Shown: one piece after another, positions 25,636 through 39,297 of the stretch
Numbering within the stretch: the first letter of the stretch is position 1
Layout: each line of letters begins with the position of its first letter
Assembly: GCA_013265495.1 (NCBI GenBank)
Contig: MU058824.1
Location: 5,550,976 to 5,614,975 of the forward strand
Source: Vicugna vicugna
Lineage: Eukaryota
Direction: 5' to 3'
DNA: 64,000 nucleotides
Program-made: the position numbers and the translations under genes
The notes under the pieces: model-generated
Told to the model about the DNA's origin: nothing
The model's input: only the letters and a program-made list of their open reading frames with translations
The model's database searches: none

Positions 25636-28513
25636 TGTGACAAACATACATCTAGTTCTGCTCCCAGCAAGCTTATAGTCAGCAGTGTGTGGAAGGGTGA
25701 GAGGAAGAGGAGGGAAAGTGGTGGGAAATAGATTCAGACACATGTACAAACAATACAGAACAGGATGATAAGGCAAATAGCCTGTGTACTGGGAGTGCGT
25801 AGATGGAGATCTGGGCCGGGGCTGCAGGTCATGAAAGGCTTGCTAGATAAATCTGAGACTTGAGGTGGAACATGAGTCAGGCTGGCGGCAAAGCACGTTC
25901 TGTTCTGTCCTTTAATGTTTTAAACACTTTAAAATGTAGGAAAAATAATTCTTTTAAAGGCAGTGAAATCAAGGTCCGCAGGGCTGATGTAGAATGAGTC
26001 AAAAGTAGAATCGAAGACCAGCTCACTCCAAAGCCCCTCCTTTTAAACACAGCTAGATCTGAAGGAGGTGCCTTTCCTGGTAAGCTATTCGAAAGAGAAA
26101 GCAATAGCAGTTATGTTTAACTTTAAAGAACCCAGGTTAAAAATACCTCAAAAGAACACCTGTGATCTCAATCTAGGTTAATTTTCCATTGCACAAATTA
26201 TAACACAATTTCAAAATACTATTGCTACATGAGGCATTACATCTGTCTTGTGGGGGAAAATCCAGTGGTGCTAATTAAATAGTGTATTTCTCCAAAAGCA
26301 ATAATTGAGGCTTGGAATGGAACAAAACAGTTCTGGGATTCTGCTGTTCGCAAACCTAAGTGAATGAGTACAACAATGGTCTATTTATGTCATGCTGAAA
26401 CCGTATGCTGCATGGCACCTTGCAATGCAGGAAATAGACTGAATACAAATACATGAACCTAACTGTTTATTTCTTCAGTTGACTGTGGGTTACTAGTGTT
26501 TAGAAAAGCATAGTGTCACTGAAAAAATATACACAGAAAGGTTGATTCAAGTCCCCACATGCAGGAGTTTATGAACAGAGAGAGCTTCGTACATCAATAA
26601 ATGCATCCATCCCCTGAACAGCAATAAAGAAGGCCGGGTGGTGCGAGCAGGCTATAAAATCAAGGCAACACACAATTAAAGGTAAAAAGTGCTATATATC
26701 CTCCAACGCCTAAGAGGGCAGCCGTGTAACAACTTCCTAGAGGAAGTAGTAGATGGCGCTTGAAGGAATGCATCATCTGAGGCAGTTGCTGGGGAAAGGA
26801 AGAGAAAACAATTTCTCTTCATTTTAGCAATGAAGAAATGTGTATAAATCTTTTGTTTTCTAAGCTTTCTGGCAGGATTAAAAGCCATTTTATTGCTTTT
26901 ACTTGGTTACCTACATTTTCACAGATCCGTTTTATCTTTTCATTTCTCTTGGCAAATCTTCAGAGCCAGACAGCCCAGAAGTGGGGCATCTGTTCAGTGC
27001 TTTGAGGCCTGAAGAGGATGCCTACGATACCATTTCAGATATTATAACTGGCAGCCCCAACTGACGACCCCAAATTCCCCTGAGTCTCTGCAGAGGCAAC
27101 CACCTATTGATTTCCTAATTTCTCATCACCAGAAGGCATGGATTTCCTTTTTCACTAATTATATACTTAATTTGAAATCAGAAAAGGGCAATGGGTAATG
27201 CATGTAGTGTGCGGGTTAACCTTCTTCAGTTAACCTTCTCAAGTCCCTCTTCATGTTGAATATGAGGAGAGAAAATTAAAGAGTACACAGAGGGAGGCAA
27301 TTTACATCTCTAAGACCAACTAAGAAAGGGCTCAGATGAGCTTCAGGAAGGAGCGCAGAGGCCCTCTTTCCTCCTTCCAGTTTTGGGATTTGACACGGTT
27401 GGGAAGTTTATGATACCAGGACTGCTGGCTGTGATCTCTGCCCAGAGTCTCAGGAATTGATCTCTCATGGAATCATGGAATGGTAGCATTAGGAATGTGA
27501 CTCCCTGGATCCAGAAATTGATTTTACAGTTGAATATTGTGCCTTGAACCAGGGGAACACTTTCAGAGTGTGAAGAATATTGTAATTTGAATAGGGGAAA
27601 TACAGTGTTATTTCTCTTAAAAGAAGAGGGGAAGAGGGACAAGGTCAGACCTGTTAAAATCAAGGAGGTGGCTGTGCCCAGGCCTGTACTCACACATTTT
27701 CTTTTTGAGTTTTGTGACAGATTGAGAGGGAGTTTTATTCTTCTGGGTAATTTGAATATTTCCTATTTAAATGGAAAGGAAATGGGTCAGGGGTCATGTT
27801 TTCTAAGTTTTATAGTTTCAGGAACATTGTTTGAATATATTTAAGATCGTGGTAACAGTCATTTTCGTGACTGTCATCTTACTACCTTTTCTTACCATAC
27901 TTTAAGGCTCGTTTTGTAATCAGGTCACACTTTTGCATATGCAAAGGTGAAATGAGTGAATTTTTAAAATATACTTTAGCTCCAAGAATTATCCGTCCTA
28001 TTTTCCTTTCAATTTGGCATTTGTGGTTTGGGAACAGAGTCGGACTATTAAAAATCTTGCCAGGTATTTTAGCTTTGAAATTTGAACAAAATTGGAGAGC
28101 AATGCTCAATTGAACATCGTAAGTCATAGGTTCGAGGACTTTTGAGACTTTCCCATTCATTCCTCTTACTTACTGCCACTACTTCTTTTTATAGCTAATC
28201 AGATTTATCTGCTTACTCCTTAACACCTTTTTAAGCTGGCCACCTGCCAGGGTGTGTGTCATCTGGGGACACATTAGCCATCGGTTCTTTCCTTTACTGG
28301 GATCTGCTGTCACTGGTCACAGATGAGACACAGGAGAGTTTAACGTCAATGCTGGGTCTGTGCCCACGTGTAAGATTATTCTGCCTCATTAGAGAATATG
28401 ATTTTTGTTTTGTAATTTTTCTGTGGCTGTCTTTATTTTTCTGAAGGCTATCTTTAAAAAAACCTCTACCCAATTCTGATTTAATAGGTATTTAGAAATT
28501 GATGCCTCTCAGT

Positions 28514-29021
28514 GTATTAATTTTCTATGGCTACTGAAACAAATAACCACAAACTTAGGGGTTTAAACAACACAGATTGATCACTCATTTTTACAGTTCT
28601 GAAGGTCAGAAGTATGGTGAGTTTCGCTGGACTAAAAATTAAGGTGTCTACCAGGCTGCATTCCTTTCCGTAGGCTCTAAGTTACGTTCATATCCTTGCC
28701 TTTTCCAGCTTCTAGAAGCTGCCATATCCTTTGACGTGTGACTCTTTCCTCCATCCTCAAAGCCAGCAATGGCAGGGTGAAGTCTTCTCACGTCCTATCA
28801 CAACACTGGCTGTTCTTCTGCCTCCGTCTTCCACTTTTAAGAACCTTGTGATTACATTTAGGCCACACAAGTAATCCAGGATTATCTCCCTATTTTAAGA
28901 TCAGCTTATTAAGAACCTTAATTCCATCTGTGACTCCCAATTCCTTTTGTCACAGAAGACAACACATCCCAGTTTCCCATGATTAGGATGTGGATAGTTG
29001 GGAACATTTTCCTACCTACCA
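28514..29021 (-). mobile_element. MaLR solo LTR (MLT1C-like)
   Basis: TGTATTAATTTTCTATGGCT...CCTTGCCTTTTCCAGCTTCTAGAAGCTGCC...TAATCCAGGATTATCTCCCTATTTTAAGATCAGCT...CCTACCAC. Confidence 0.9.
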
Positions 29022-29119
29022 CCCTGAATTGGATTTTTTTTCAGATTAAAAAATTATTAAAACACAGACACTAAAAGGTTTAAAAATGATAAACATACCA
29101 CTCAGTGAATTTTCAAAAT

Positions 29120-30085
29120 TCATTCATAATGTGGTCCTTTGTGACTGGCTTATTTCATTTAGCATAACGTTTTAAAAGTTCATCCATGTTGTAGAATGTA
29201 TCAACACTTCTTTTCTTTTATTGCTGAATAATATTCCATTGTATAGATCTACCACATTTAAAAATATTCATGTGAACGAACATTTGGGTTATTTTCATAT
29301 TTTTTTGATTTTATGAATAGTGCTGCTACAAATAAGACTTCTGTACGAGTTTTTGTGTGGACATATGTTTTCATTTTCCTTGGGTATATTCCTAGGAGTG
29401 GAATTGCTGGATTGATCCCAGGGTAACCCTATGTTTAAACGTTTGAGGAACCACCAAACTGTTTTCCAGAGTAGGGGCACCATTTTACATTCCCACCTAC
29501 AGTGTGGAAGAATTCTGATTTCTCTATGTCCTGTGATTGTCTATCTTTTCAATTACAGCCATCTTCACGGGTGTGAAATGGTATCTTATTGTGGTATTGA
29601 CTTTCATTTCCCCAGTGGCTTATAACATTGCATCTTTTCATGTGTTTATTGGCTATTTGTATCTTCTTTGGAAAACTGTTTATTCAGATCCTTTGCCCAC
29701 TTTTAATTTCAGTTGTCTTCTTATCACTGAGTTGTAAGTGCTTGTTATGCATTCCAGCTATCTCATCAAATATATGATTTTAAAAACTTTTCTTTCATTT
29801 TGTGGCTATCTTTTCATTTTCTTGATGGCCATTGAAGCACAAACATTTTTTAAATTTTGATGATGTCCAATTTATGTTTTCCTTCTGCTGTTGTGCTTTT
29901 GATATTGTGTTAAAAAAAAACCACTGCCTAATCTAAGGTCATGAAGTTTTATGCCTCTATGTCTTTGATCTATGTTGATGTAAGTTTTGTATATGGTATG
30001 ACGTAGGAGTCCAAATTTATTGTTTTGCATGTGGATATCTAGTTGTCGTAGCACCATTTGTTGAAAAAATGATTCCCATTTCACC
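29120..30085 (-). mobile_element. L1MB-like 3' fragment
   Basis: The reverse ORF 29295-29483 (PLLWKTVWWFLKRLNIGLP) is the L1 ORF2 C-terminus; typical reverse 3' UTR motifs follow. Confidence 0.9.
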
Positions 30086-30109
30086 TGTTTTTAATGAAAT
30101 CAGCTACTA

Positions 30110-30340
30110 AGTAGATTTTTTTTTTTTACTGGTTTCTTTCACTCAGATTTGTATTATGTGATTCATCCATATCTTTCCATGTAGTTTCTTTATTCTCATT
30201 GCCTTCTACTTTTCTGGTATATAAATATATCATAACTTACTCATCCATTCTACCTTTGTTGGGCATTTGGGTAATGTCAGTTTGTGGCTATTATAAGTAG
30301 TGCTTCTATGAAAATTCTAACACATGTCTTTTGGTGAAAA
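30110..30340 (-). mobile_element. L1MC/ME 3' fragment
   Basis: GATTCATCCAT...ATCCATTCTACC...GTGGCTATTATAAGTAGTGCTTCTATGAAAATTCT...TGTCTTTTGGTGAA. Confidence 0.75.
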
Positions 30341-31094
30341 GAAAACCTTGGCGATTCAACTAGAAATTTTTCAACTTATTCATTAATCTAGAAGAGGTGC
30401 CTTACAGCATCCAACTGCAGAGCTTTCTTGGGCAATGTCCAGGTTTGGTATAATAGCAAAAAATGGTAATAAAGGTGGTGCTGGAGACATGCATTGTTAG
30501 GATTTTTTTTTTCCAACAAAACTCTGAGTCCCTGTGTATTCAAGGTTTTGTACCAGGCACTGAGAGGAAGTCAGTGTAGGAAAAAGAAATGTTAAAATGT
30601 AAATAGGAAATTGCAGGTATTGAATGGCTTGCTGAGTTCTTTGGTGTTCAGTGTACAATTGGTGTGCAAAGTATGATATTCTTGCCCAGAACCCTGGGAG
30701 TGACTGAAAGTTCTCAGAAGTGGTATATTATCCAAACTGAGATCCAAATGATGGATAGGAGTCCCCAGATGTGGGGAGGGGGGGTTGGAAGAATAATGCT
30801 ACAGTCAGAAAGTAATGCCCACTGTCTGTACTAGGTAGACACATTCCATTTCAAGGATGAGGCGAGTCCATGGTTTACCTAGAACTGGATTAAGTGAAAG
30901 AAGTCTAGTGTTTTCTTAGCTGGCTGGATTCCTCAGATTCAGAGTTACTTGGAATCCTAGAAAGGCATTCTTGGCTTCTTTAAAAGTTTGCCTTTTGGTT
31001 CCTCAATTCCTGTTTACTCAGGGAACAGAGGAATGACGAGGAAGTGAAGAGGTAGAGATGAAAAAATGGAGACAGCAGAAAAAAGAGACATTAA

Positions 31095-31262
31095 AACATT
31101 TTGACCACTGTATTTCAGTAAGTTTGGTTTATTTTGTACTCACATGTATTGTATTCATATAACTTAATTTGTGAATTCAATAACCTTACTCTGATAAGGG
31201 ACCCAAAGTCATCAGCAGACTGCTGAATAGGTCCATAGCACAGAAAGGTTAAAACCCCTTAG
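31095..31262. mobile_element. MER103C-like hAT-Charlie fragment
   Basis: CTCTGATAAGGGACCC...CAGACTGCTGAATAGGTCCATAGCACAGAAAGGTTAAAACCCCT terminus. Confidence 0.7.
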
Positions 31263-32233
31263 CTTAGAATATAAATGCAAAAACTACTTATGCTAATAGA
31301 GTCAAATGCATTATTTCTCTTTAATTTTTATGGGTAGCTTACTTTAATTATCATTATGAATTGATCTAAAAGATCATTAAGTAGGACTGATGCCAGTGAC
31401 TTTCTACAGTGGAAGCACGTGGCCTGGAGGAGCAGCCCAGTGAGGGAGCACATGAATGGCTGGGGTTTACTTCCAGGTAACTAAGTCTTCCAGCACTCCA
31501 TTTTGCTGGTCTCCAGTCCTTTGGTAATAACTTTTTCATGCACTCAGGTTCCTCTGAGTCATAGTTTAATTTTCTTTTCTTCAAGTGAAACTAAACTCTG
31601 AATAGGAGATAAAGGTCACTATGCAATCTTACAAGGAAAAAGTCTATCTTGAATTCTCCGAAAACTAACCTCTAAGCCTCTAATCAGTACAAATCCAGTT
31701 TTAGCAAGCAAAGACCTGGACAGGACAAAGTAGAAGTGGGCAGATACATATCTGCTGGTTGTATTTTTCCAAGAGGATCACCTCCTTCTCCTTTAAGAAG
31801 GTGTCAAATTGGAGCCTTCCATCAGGATTACCATGGAGTCTCTGATACAGGAAGTTTGTCTTGCTGTATTATATTAGGATATCAAATTAGCTTCTTCCTG
31901 TTACTTTGAAGCAAAGTATATAGATTCTGATTATTTGAGCATAATTAGATTTCTTATTTAGCATACTCTGCTGTGAGTTACTGGGGGTACTGCTGAAAAC
32001 TGAACCGAACAAAACCTGCACTCAGATCAGTGGGACTCAGCAAGAGTCAAGCTGCCTCAGTGCTGCATTTTGGACCACTCTACCCCAGAGCAGGGGGTCC
32101 CTTTTGTAATTTGGCTTTAATAAAAGAAATGGTTGTGCTGTTGTCGGCATGGTGAATAAGAGCTTAATTATTAAGATGGTAGACTTACTTTGAACGTCTT
32201 AGATTTTTGAGAATAGCATCTATTTATCTAGAC

Positions 32234-32454
32234 TAGGGATTGGCAAACCACAGCCTATGGGCCAAATCTGGCCCACCATCTGTTTTTATAGATAAAGTTG
32301 TATTGGAACACAACCTCCCCATCTGTTTACATGGTGTCGGTGGGGGGTCTTTGCACTATGACAGCAGAGTTGAGTAGCTGAGATGAATCATATGGATCAC
32401 AAAGTGTAAAATATTTACTGTGATCTTTTAACACAAAAGCTTTACTGACCTCAG
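32234..32454. mobile_element. MER58A MITE with near-perfect 8-bp TSD
   Basis: TAGGGATTGGCAAACCACAGCCTATGGGCCAAATCTGGCCC...; flanks are ATCTAGAC (32226-32233) and CTCTAGAC (32455-32462). Confidence 0.92.
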
Positions 32455-33899
32455 CTCTAGACTACAAAATGTCTCCTGTATCAGTTTGTGAGAAAAGAAT
32501 GTTTAATGACTTAACGAAAATCATTAGCATTCAGTGGTTCCAAATTTGGTCTAATTCGCTCAAGAATTCTGCGGCTGTTTAATGTTTCCAATTGCTCCCC
32601 TATAAGTCATAAGGGGCTATGTATAAGGTATCTGAGATTACAGGGTGATTGTGTGTGCCTTTGTATAGAAGAAGCACAAATCAACCAAAAATATGGTACA
32701 CCCAGAAGCCAGAATCAGACTGACAGACACCTGTGGATATCCTGGGAAGGCTAGTAATTTGTTACCTTTTCAAATTAATATTCTTTAACTACTTTTGCAT
32801 ACAGTATGTATTATATATACATAATATGTTATATATACAGTGTGGACTACATGTGCTATGTAGTAGAAATGGGGAACAGGAGGATCCTGTTAAGAATTAT
32901 GATAGAGATACTTAACAAACTTTGCTTAGAATATGACTGAATAACTGTTGGTAAAAAAGTATTATTATTTATGTTTTTGTCTTTGTGCCATTGTACAAGT
33001 AAAAAATTAACATGTCATGAAAAGTACCCCTTGGCATTTCTTAATGAATAAAATGGGATATGTAAAGCATATTGAGGAAGATGAAGTAAATCATAGCCTG
33101 TTTTTAGGGTGGGGATTTTTAGAGAGCCAGCAGGTTAAAAAACAAGAAAAAGTATCCTGTGAACGTCAGAACTGAGGATTTGGGGATCTCAAGGGACCAC
33201 TAATGATGAGGTCCGAAGCCAAGTTTGACTGAGAGAGCAAATCTAAGTTGGCAGAAAGGACATGTGAACTGTAAAGCTGCAAAGAGGGCTGATTTGGCAC
33301 ATAAATATTACTGTGATGTGATGTACTGCCTAAGTTCTCTTTAGGGTTTGGTTTATCTTCTTGGCTTAAGAAATGATAACAGGCTTTCATAGAGCTCTGA
33401 TTTCTGCAGCTTACCTGAGATTTCAGTGAGATACAGTGTTGGAGTAGCGGTTGGTGAGAGTTGGCTCAGGAGAACGACTCGGTTGGAGACCTAAAGACAA
33501 TACAAAGGATACTGGCATAATGTTTATGCTTAGTTAACAGTATATCACTACCTGCTGCACACATATGACTGACATCTATTGGTGCCCGCTACTGGCAGAT
33601 CGTGTGCAGGTAGAGAAACATTGTGTGCAGAAGCACAGAAATGGAAGGAAAAATCTGCTTCCTGTTATTGTTGCAACAGTAATGGGAGAGAAGGCTTATG
33701 ATTACAGACTGCATGATTGATGCTATTTTAGTTGCAGGAGAGCATTATGCTAACGTTACTCGGAGTAGGGGTATCTAAGGGAGATTCAGGAGTTTGGTGT
33801 GGAAGGTGATCAGAAGAGTCTTTCCAAAGATACTCCTGTTTACATTCAAGATTCATTTCATAGTAAGTCAAGGGGATTCAGGGGGACGGAGGCATCCTT

Positions 33900-34200
33900 A
33901 GTGTGTATGCATTTCAAACATGTAAGGGAGTTAATGCCTTAGAGGCAACTGTTAGCCAAAAGAAGGTGGGAATTGATGGATGGATAAATGCTGGTAACTC
34001 TCATCCTTTGAATAGAGAAGTCTGGGAGCCTTTCTGTAGGCTTCTTAGTAGGTACCAGTGAATTGAGTCTCTTGCTCACAGCAGTAACCATGATAATATA
34101 CCCCTATTCTGGCTTTTCTTCCTTCTTTCTCTCACACATTTTGCTCACTCATTCCTAATCCCTTCCAAGAATAACAAACAGCCGTCTGAAGGCATTAAGA
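33900..34200 (+). mobile_element. LTR16-family ERVL LTR relic
   Basis: GTGGGAATTGATGGATGGATAAATGCT...TTGCTCACAGCAGTAACC. Confidence 0.6.
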
Positions 34201-34204
34201 CCAC

Positions 34205-34420
34205 AGGTAGTGCTATGTGTTGCCCAAACTGCCAGGAAATCCCTATGGCTGGAGAGTGGTGCCTGTGGGCAAGAGGACAAGAGGTCAGCTGTGGAAGCAG
34301 GCAAGAGCTGGTTCAGAGAAGGTCTCAGGTGCCACACTAAAGGATCGGAGCTTTGTTCTGAAGGCAGTAGGGGAACCATGGAATTTTTAGTGGTAGAACA
34401 ACATGATCACATTCCTATTT
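34205..34420 (-). mobile_element. L2 fragment
   Basis: ATGGCTGGAG...GCCACACTAAAGGATCGGAGCTTTGTTCTGAAGGCAGTAGGGGAACCATGGAA. Confidence 0.65.
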
Positions 34421-34579
34421 AAGCACATTTGCCCTAATTAAATGCTATATATAACATGCCCTACACAGCCTTGTCCACCTGTTGCAAGGTTTGCTAGCAA
34501 AAGGCTCCATGGGTCTCAGGGCAACTCTTCCAACACACCTGGATTGTACCCAAAGCAGACTCATCATTATGTATACAAA

Positions 34580-35400
34580 ATGCATTTGGAAAATGCAATT
34601 TAAAACATTTTAATAAGTTTACAATAGTAAAGGAAGTATATACTCTTAATAGCAAATTTAGGAAATAAAGCAAAGCAATAAAATTAAAATTAGCTATGAT
34701 CCTATTGCTAGCAGGTATATTGTTACAATGTTGATATAGTGTTAATGTTTTAATTTATGTGTGTATATTTTGTGTTACATACTATACTGCACATTCAAAT
34801 TTGTATCTTTTTTCACATAATTTTATACATGAACACTTCCCAATGACACTTAATATTTTTGAAGTCATGAATTATGATGAGCATGTAACAGTCCATTACA
34901 TGGAAATGCCATACTCTATCTAGTTAATCACCAATTGTTGGACATTCAGTTAATTTTCAATTATATGCTATTATAAATAATAGGACTTTTTTTCCTTATG
35001 CCTTAAATCTTTGTCTGAATTTATAACTATTTCTTTAGGAAATTCTTCCTGGAAGGCTCAAAGGAGTAGTTTTGAATACTTTCCTGGGTAAGGCAAGACC
35101 CAAATAAACAGATTAGTTAGGCAGCTTTGCAGTCTAAAAATACAAACTTAGGAAATTTTAGAAAATTCTTGGTATGTATCCTTAATACACATTAATCCAA
35201 TAGAAAAGTTTACCAGTTTAGACTTCCCATAATATCCGTTGTATAGTATGCAACTACTTTGCTACCCTTCTTAAATAGTGTGAATATTGTTATGCCATAA
35301 AAACTTCATTATTTAAAAAGTGAAAATTTGTTTCATTACGATTTATATTGCATTTTCAATTTGCAAATAAGGCTTAGGAAAATAATTTTCACTTTATCAT
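34580..35400 (-). mobile_element. Ancient L1ME-like 3' relic
   Basis: AATTGTTGGACATTCAGTTAATTTTCAATT...GCTATTATAAATAAT. Confidence 0.6.
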
Positions 35401-35599
35401 GGTTTACCTCTAAGGTATCTGAGTCTCTAACCAATAATGGTGATTAAAAATCCATCATGGTTAAGACAAAACCAAAAATTTCATAGGTTCTAGATGGCCC
35501 ACTCTCCCATCTGTATTTATCAGGGTAACCTAGACACTTAGAACAAGACAAGCCAAAGCAAACCAAAGCCCTAAAATGCAGAGACTTGACCCAGTAAAA

Positions 35600-36475
35600 G
35601 CTTCTTTTTCATTCATGTTATAGTTCAGTGTGGGCTGGGTTGGTGGCAGAGGGGTTGCTCTGCTCCACACTGTCTCTCAGCAGACACCTTGCAGGCCCCA
35701 ACCCACATACTTGGGACCTCCCCTCGAATGGCCAACTATGATACGTAGGGACTGTCCTTGCTCCAGCATGCATCATGCTCCATGTCCTCTCCCTGGGTAT
35801 CTTTGAATTGCCTGGTCCTTGAGGTGGGTGTGTGTGTGTGTGAGTGTTGGAGGGGCTCACTCAACCCTAGTACTTGTGCAGTTTAGAACAGCAGGGGGGG
35901 TTAATGCCCTGGAGGGCAGCTCTTGGTCTACGGGAGGACAGCATCTATGAGCTGATGCACAGATGCTCTCCACTCCCAACCTTTGGGCAAAAAATTCCAG
36001 GTGGCATTTTGCAGGCCTCTCAAGAAATCTCGCTAAGAAACTTAGCCCCTTTTCCCACTCCAGTGACCTGAACACCTCACCTCTTTAATAGCCTCCTTCA
36101 CCCACTGTCTCACTATCTCTGCTTTCTCATCGTGCTTTCTGGCATCACTGTCCCCATAAACTATTAGTACTTAAGTCCCTTTCTGAGGCTGTGCTTGCAG
36201 GGAAACACAAGCTAAGATGTTCAAGGGTATCCCTAGGGTCTCTCCATCTTATGGCTCTTCCATCCTTGGAATCTTCCAAGAGAAAGTGCAAGAAAGTGGA
36301 GGCCCGTATAGGAGGTGTCCATGGGTCAGACCTGGAAGGGGCAAGTATCACTGCTGCCCACAGTCTATTGGCCAGAAGTCAGTCACATGGGAGGCTGAGA
36401 ACTACTGCCTGTCTGTCCTCCCACAAGGAAAAGACAATACCCATCCAGGAACACATGACATTCTCTGCCACACTA
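35600..36475. mobile_element. Composite: old MLT1 LTR pieces around an LTR16-like segment (about 35850-36230)
   Basis: CACTGCTGCCCACAGTCTATTGGCCAGAAGTCAGTCACATGG (MLT1) and TTAATGCCCTGGAGGGCAGCTCTTGGTC (LTR16-like). Confidence 0.55.
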
Positions 36476-36869
36476 CCTTAGTTAAGTTTCAAAACTCTTA
36501 TTTCAGTATCCTAAGAAGAGAAACAGAACTTGTCCCTTTGTCAGTGATGTCAGGAGTGTTAGAAATTAGCTACGATTTTCTGTTTATTCTGGAAATGTGT
36601 AACTTATCTACTTCTTTCTCTTGTAATTATGGCTCCCAGAGGCTTTCAAAGGAGTTTGACTTTACCAAATGACTTGTCCCTTGTGATGGCAGTTTTTCTT
36701 ATTGTCTTTAAGCACTCATCTAGTTAGAGAAGTGATGGTCTTGATCGCAGTACCCTAGTACAGGTATAAATTCATTTGCACTGAGTATAAATTTATTCAA
36801 TTAATATTTTGAGTATCTATAAGGGACTTTGTGCCAAGCCATCTGTGAGGGATAAGCAAAATTTAGTGG

Positions 36870-37060
36870 CTCAAGCCCTTACCCGGTTCTTCAGCTTATT
36901 AACTGTATGGACATGTACAAGTCAGTTAACTTCTCCAGGACTCAAATTCCATCTTCTGTACAAATGAGAAAAGTAATATTAATCTTGCATTTTAATTTTT
37001 AGTTCTTCACTTACATAAAAGCATCCAGATATATAGCATGCACTCAAAAATGTAAATGTC
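36870..37060 (+). mobile_element. MIR SINE
   Basis: CAAGTCAGTTAACTTCTCCAGGACTCAAATTCCATCTTCTGTACAAATGAG. Confidence 0.6.
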
Positions 37061-37714
37061 CCTTTTGGAAGGCCTTGCTATTGTCACTAATTTATAGGAG
37101 AGAGAAAAAAAAATCAAAGTTGTTGTTAACTAGCCAACTTTCCTTTCTAATGAAGTCCTATGTTACTGAACTGGGTGCTCAAACTGAGAGAAGAACTAAA
37201 TCGATAAAGGGCATTTGAGGAGATTGTAGAGAAAAAGGGAGAAGTAGTTATAAACCAGGTGATAAAGGGGAGGGAACTCTTGGGAAACAAAGATGTCTAA
37301 TAAAATTGTTCTGTTAGCTTATGGCCAAGTCTGATATGTGATGTTAATTCTCCCTTACCATAAAAGTTAGTAAAATTAGCAGCAATTTGCCAAAGCTTTT
37401 GGAGTTGGATTTGTTTGTTCTGGGACATTGCACATGACTGAGTCCACTCCCAGAGGGGGCCTGAGTGGTCTAAACAAAGGCTACTCAGATGGGCTGGCAC
37501 CTGTGAGACGCCCTCCACGTCTCGGAAGAACTTTCTTCACTTTGAGTTTAGAAAGTCTAAGTCACACAGACTTATTTACTGAAACTCAGATGAAAGGTGA
37601 GATGTGGAGTGATAAAACGGAAGGGGATTCATTACTTCCTTTGGTCCAAAGGCCATTAAGCCTGCAAATCCATAAGAAGCTTACAGGAAAACTAATGTTA
37701 TTTTCTAGAAGCCA

Positions 37715-37965
37715 GTACTGCATAATAGGCTGTATAACAGCAAGGGGTTTGGAGGTAATGAGACCTGGATTTGAACCCTTGTTCCAGCACTTATCATCTG
37801 GGTGACATTGGACAGGCTCAGTGACCTCTGTAGCCTCAAGTTCTTCATCTATAAAACTGGATAGTGATACCGACCTTCTAAGGTTTGGGGGAGAGTTAAA
37901 TAAGTAAATATATATGCTATGCACTTGTCACAGATTTTAGCATATAATAAGTAGCAGCTTATTAT
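37715..37965 (+). mobile_element. MIR SINE, near full length
   Basis: AGACCTGGATTTGAACCC...GTGACATTGGACAGG...GCCTCAAGTTCTTCATCTATAAAACTGGATAGTGATACC. Confidence 0.85.
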
Positions 37966-38829
37966 TAATAATAGAGGTAAAATGCTGTCGTATCAGGCTC
38001 TGTCTTGTTACATTAAGATGATGCTGGATGCTGGATAAATTCTACTCCTTCTCCCCAGGGATAACTGTAGCTATCTGTTGGCATCTGTATTCATTCTAAT
38101 GTGCAACTGTATAATAAGGCCACTCTGCAGATTAATTCTTTTTGTGTAAAAATGATTCTTGGAGGTATCAGTCTAAAAAGCATACTAGTTAACTATAAAA
38201 ATGAACAATCTGGTGCATTCAGACCCATCTTGTGTGCACACTTGTCATTGCCTAGGTACTGAGGAGGTGTAGAATGTGAGCATTAAACACACAGTGCTTT
38301 CATAAATAGACTGTATTCATTATCTGGTCATCAGGGCGATACAGTTCAATGGATTGCAGCACAGAAAAATGCCAGAGTGTTTTACATAATGTCAATATGC
38401 GCTTGGTAATTATCTTTCATTTACCTAGTGTCCTGTGTTTTCAGCATGGATTGCACTTACTTAAAGTAGGCAGGTAACATTCTTCCTCCTGGAGGGCCTT
38501 GGGGAAAATAAAGACAAGATGATGTAGAAACTAGGACTGTTTCTTAGCTCGTCATGTTTCATAGTTGAGAGAACTTAGCAACTGAGGTAGAGAGGTGATA
38601 TCTGATGATCTTTGTTCCAATAAGAACTTCTTGTCATCACAAAAGATGTCTTATTCTTACTCATTTCCTCTCATTAGACAGATTTCTTTGGGCCAATGTT
38701 TCATAGCCCTTTGTGCTCCAGGTTCTAAACCAAGGTGGGGAATTGGCATCAGCAAAAGTAGGTGGGAGGGAGCATACTTTTAAGATAAAGACTCACATAT
38801 TTTCCATAGTAGTCTTATATATATGTCAC

Positions 38830-39010
38830 TTGACCCCTACCACACTTAAGAGTAATAAAGGGCAAGAATTATCATTATCTCTATTCTACAGATGAAGAAA
38901 CTTCATTGCAGAGAGTTAAGTGACCTGTCTAGGTCAACTTAGCTAGTTAGTAGCAGATGCCAGTCTAAAACAAAGGACTTCCAATCTTAAGATCAATATC
39001 CTTTTGGCTC
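38830..39010 (-). mobile_element. MIR SINE
   Basis: CTATTCTACAGATGAAGAAACT...AGAGAGTTAAGTGACCTGTCTAGGTCA. Confidence 0.8.
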
Positions 39011-39297
39011 TATTACAAAATCCCTGTGCTAGCAATGTTGGTTTTGTTGAGTGATGACAGTGGAAATTACAGTGCCAGCTGATGGGTCTGCTCGTAGACA
39101 AAGCTACAGTTATTCCATAGGGCAGATGTGGAAAAGGCATCCCTTCCCATGAGTGGACTGAGCCCTGCTCTAGCCAAGGTAAGTGGTCTTTGGCAAGGGG
39201 AGCGTGAGTTGAATTTTAGCTCTCACTTACCCACTTAGCCAGACATGCTGTTGAGACCCTAATGGTACTACTGCTGGTGAATGAGAGGAAGGAAGGT

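Noticed and set aside
28120..28145. GGTTCGA tRNA/B-box-like word
   Set aside because: No cloverleaf and no A box upstream.
36145..36672. ORFs of 68-151 aa
   Set aside because: They overlap MLT1/LTR16 relics and show no coding signature.
38446..38474. Possible 29-nt micro-exon (TTTTCAG...CAG/GTAACA)
   Set aside because: Weak donor site, not frame-preserving, and no partner exons found.
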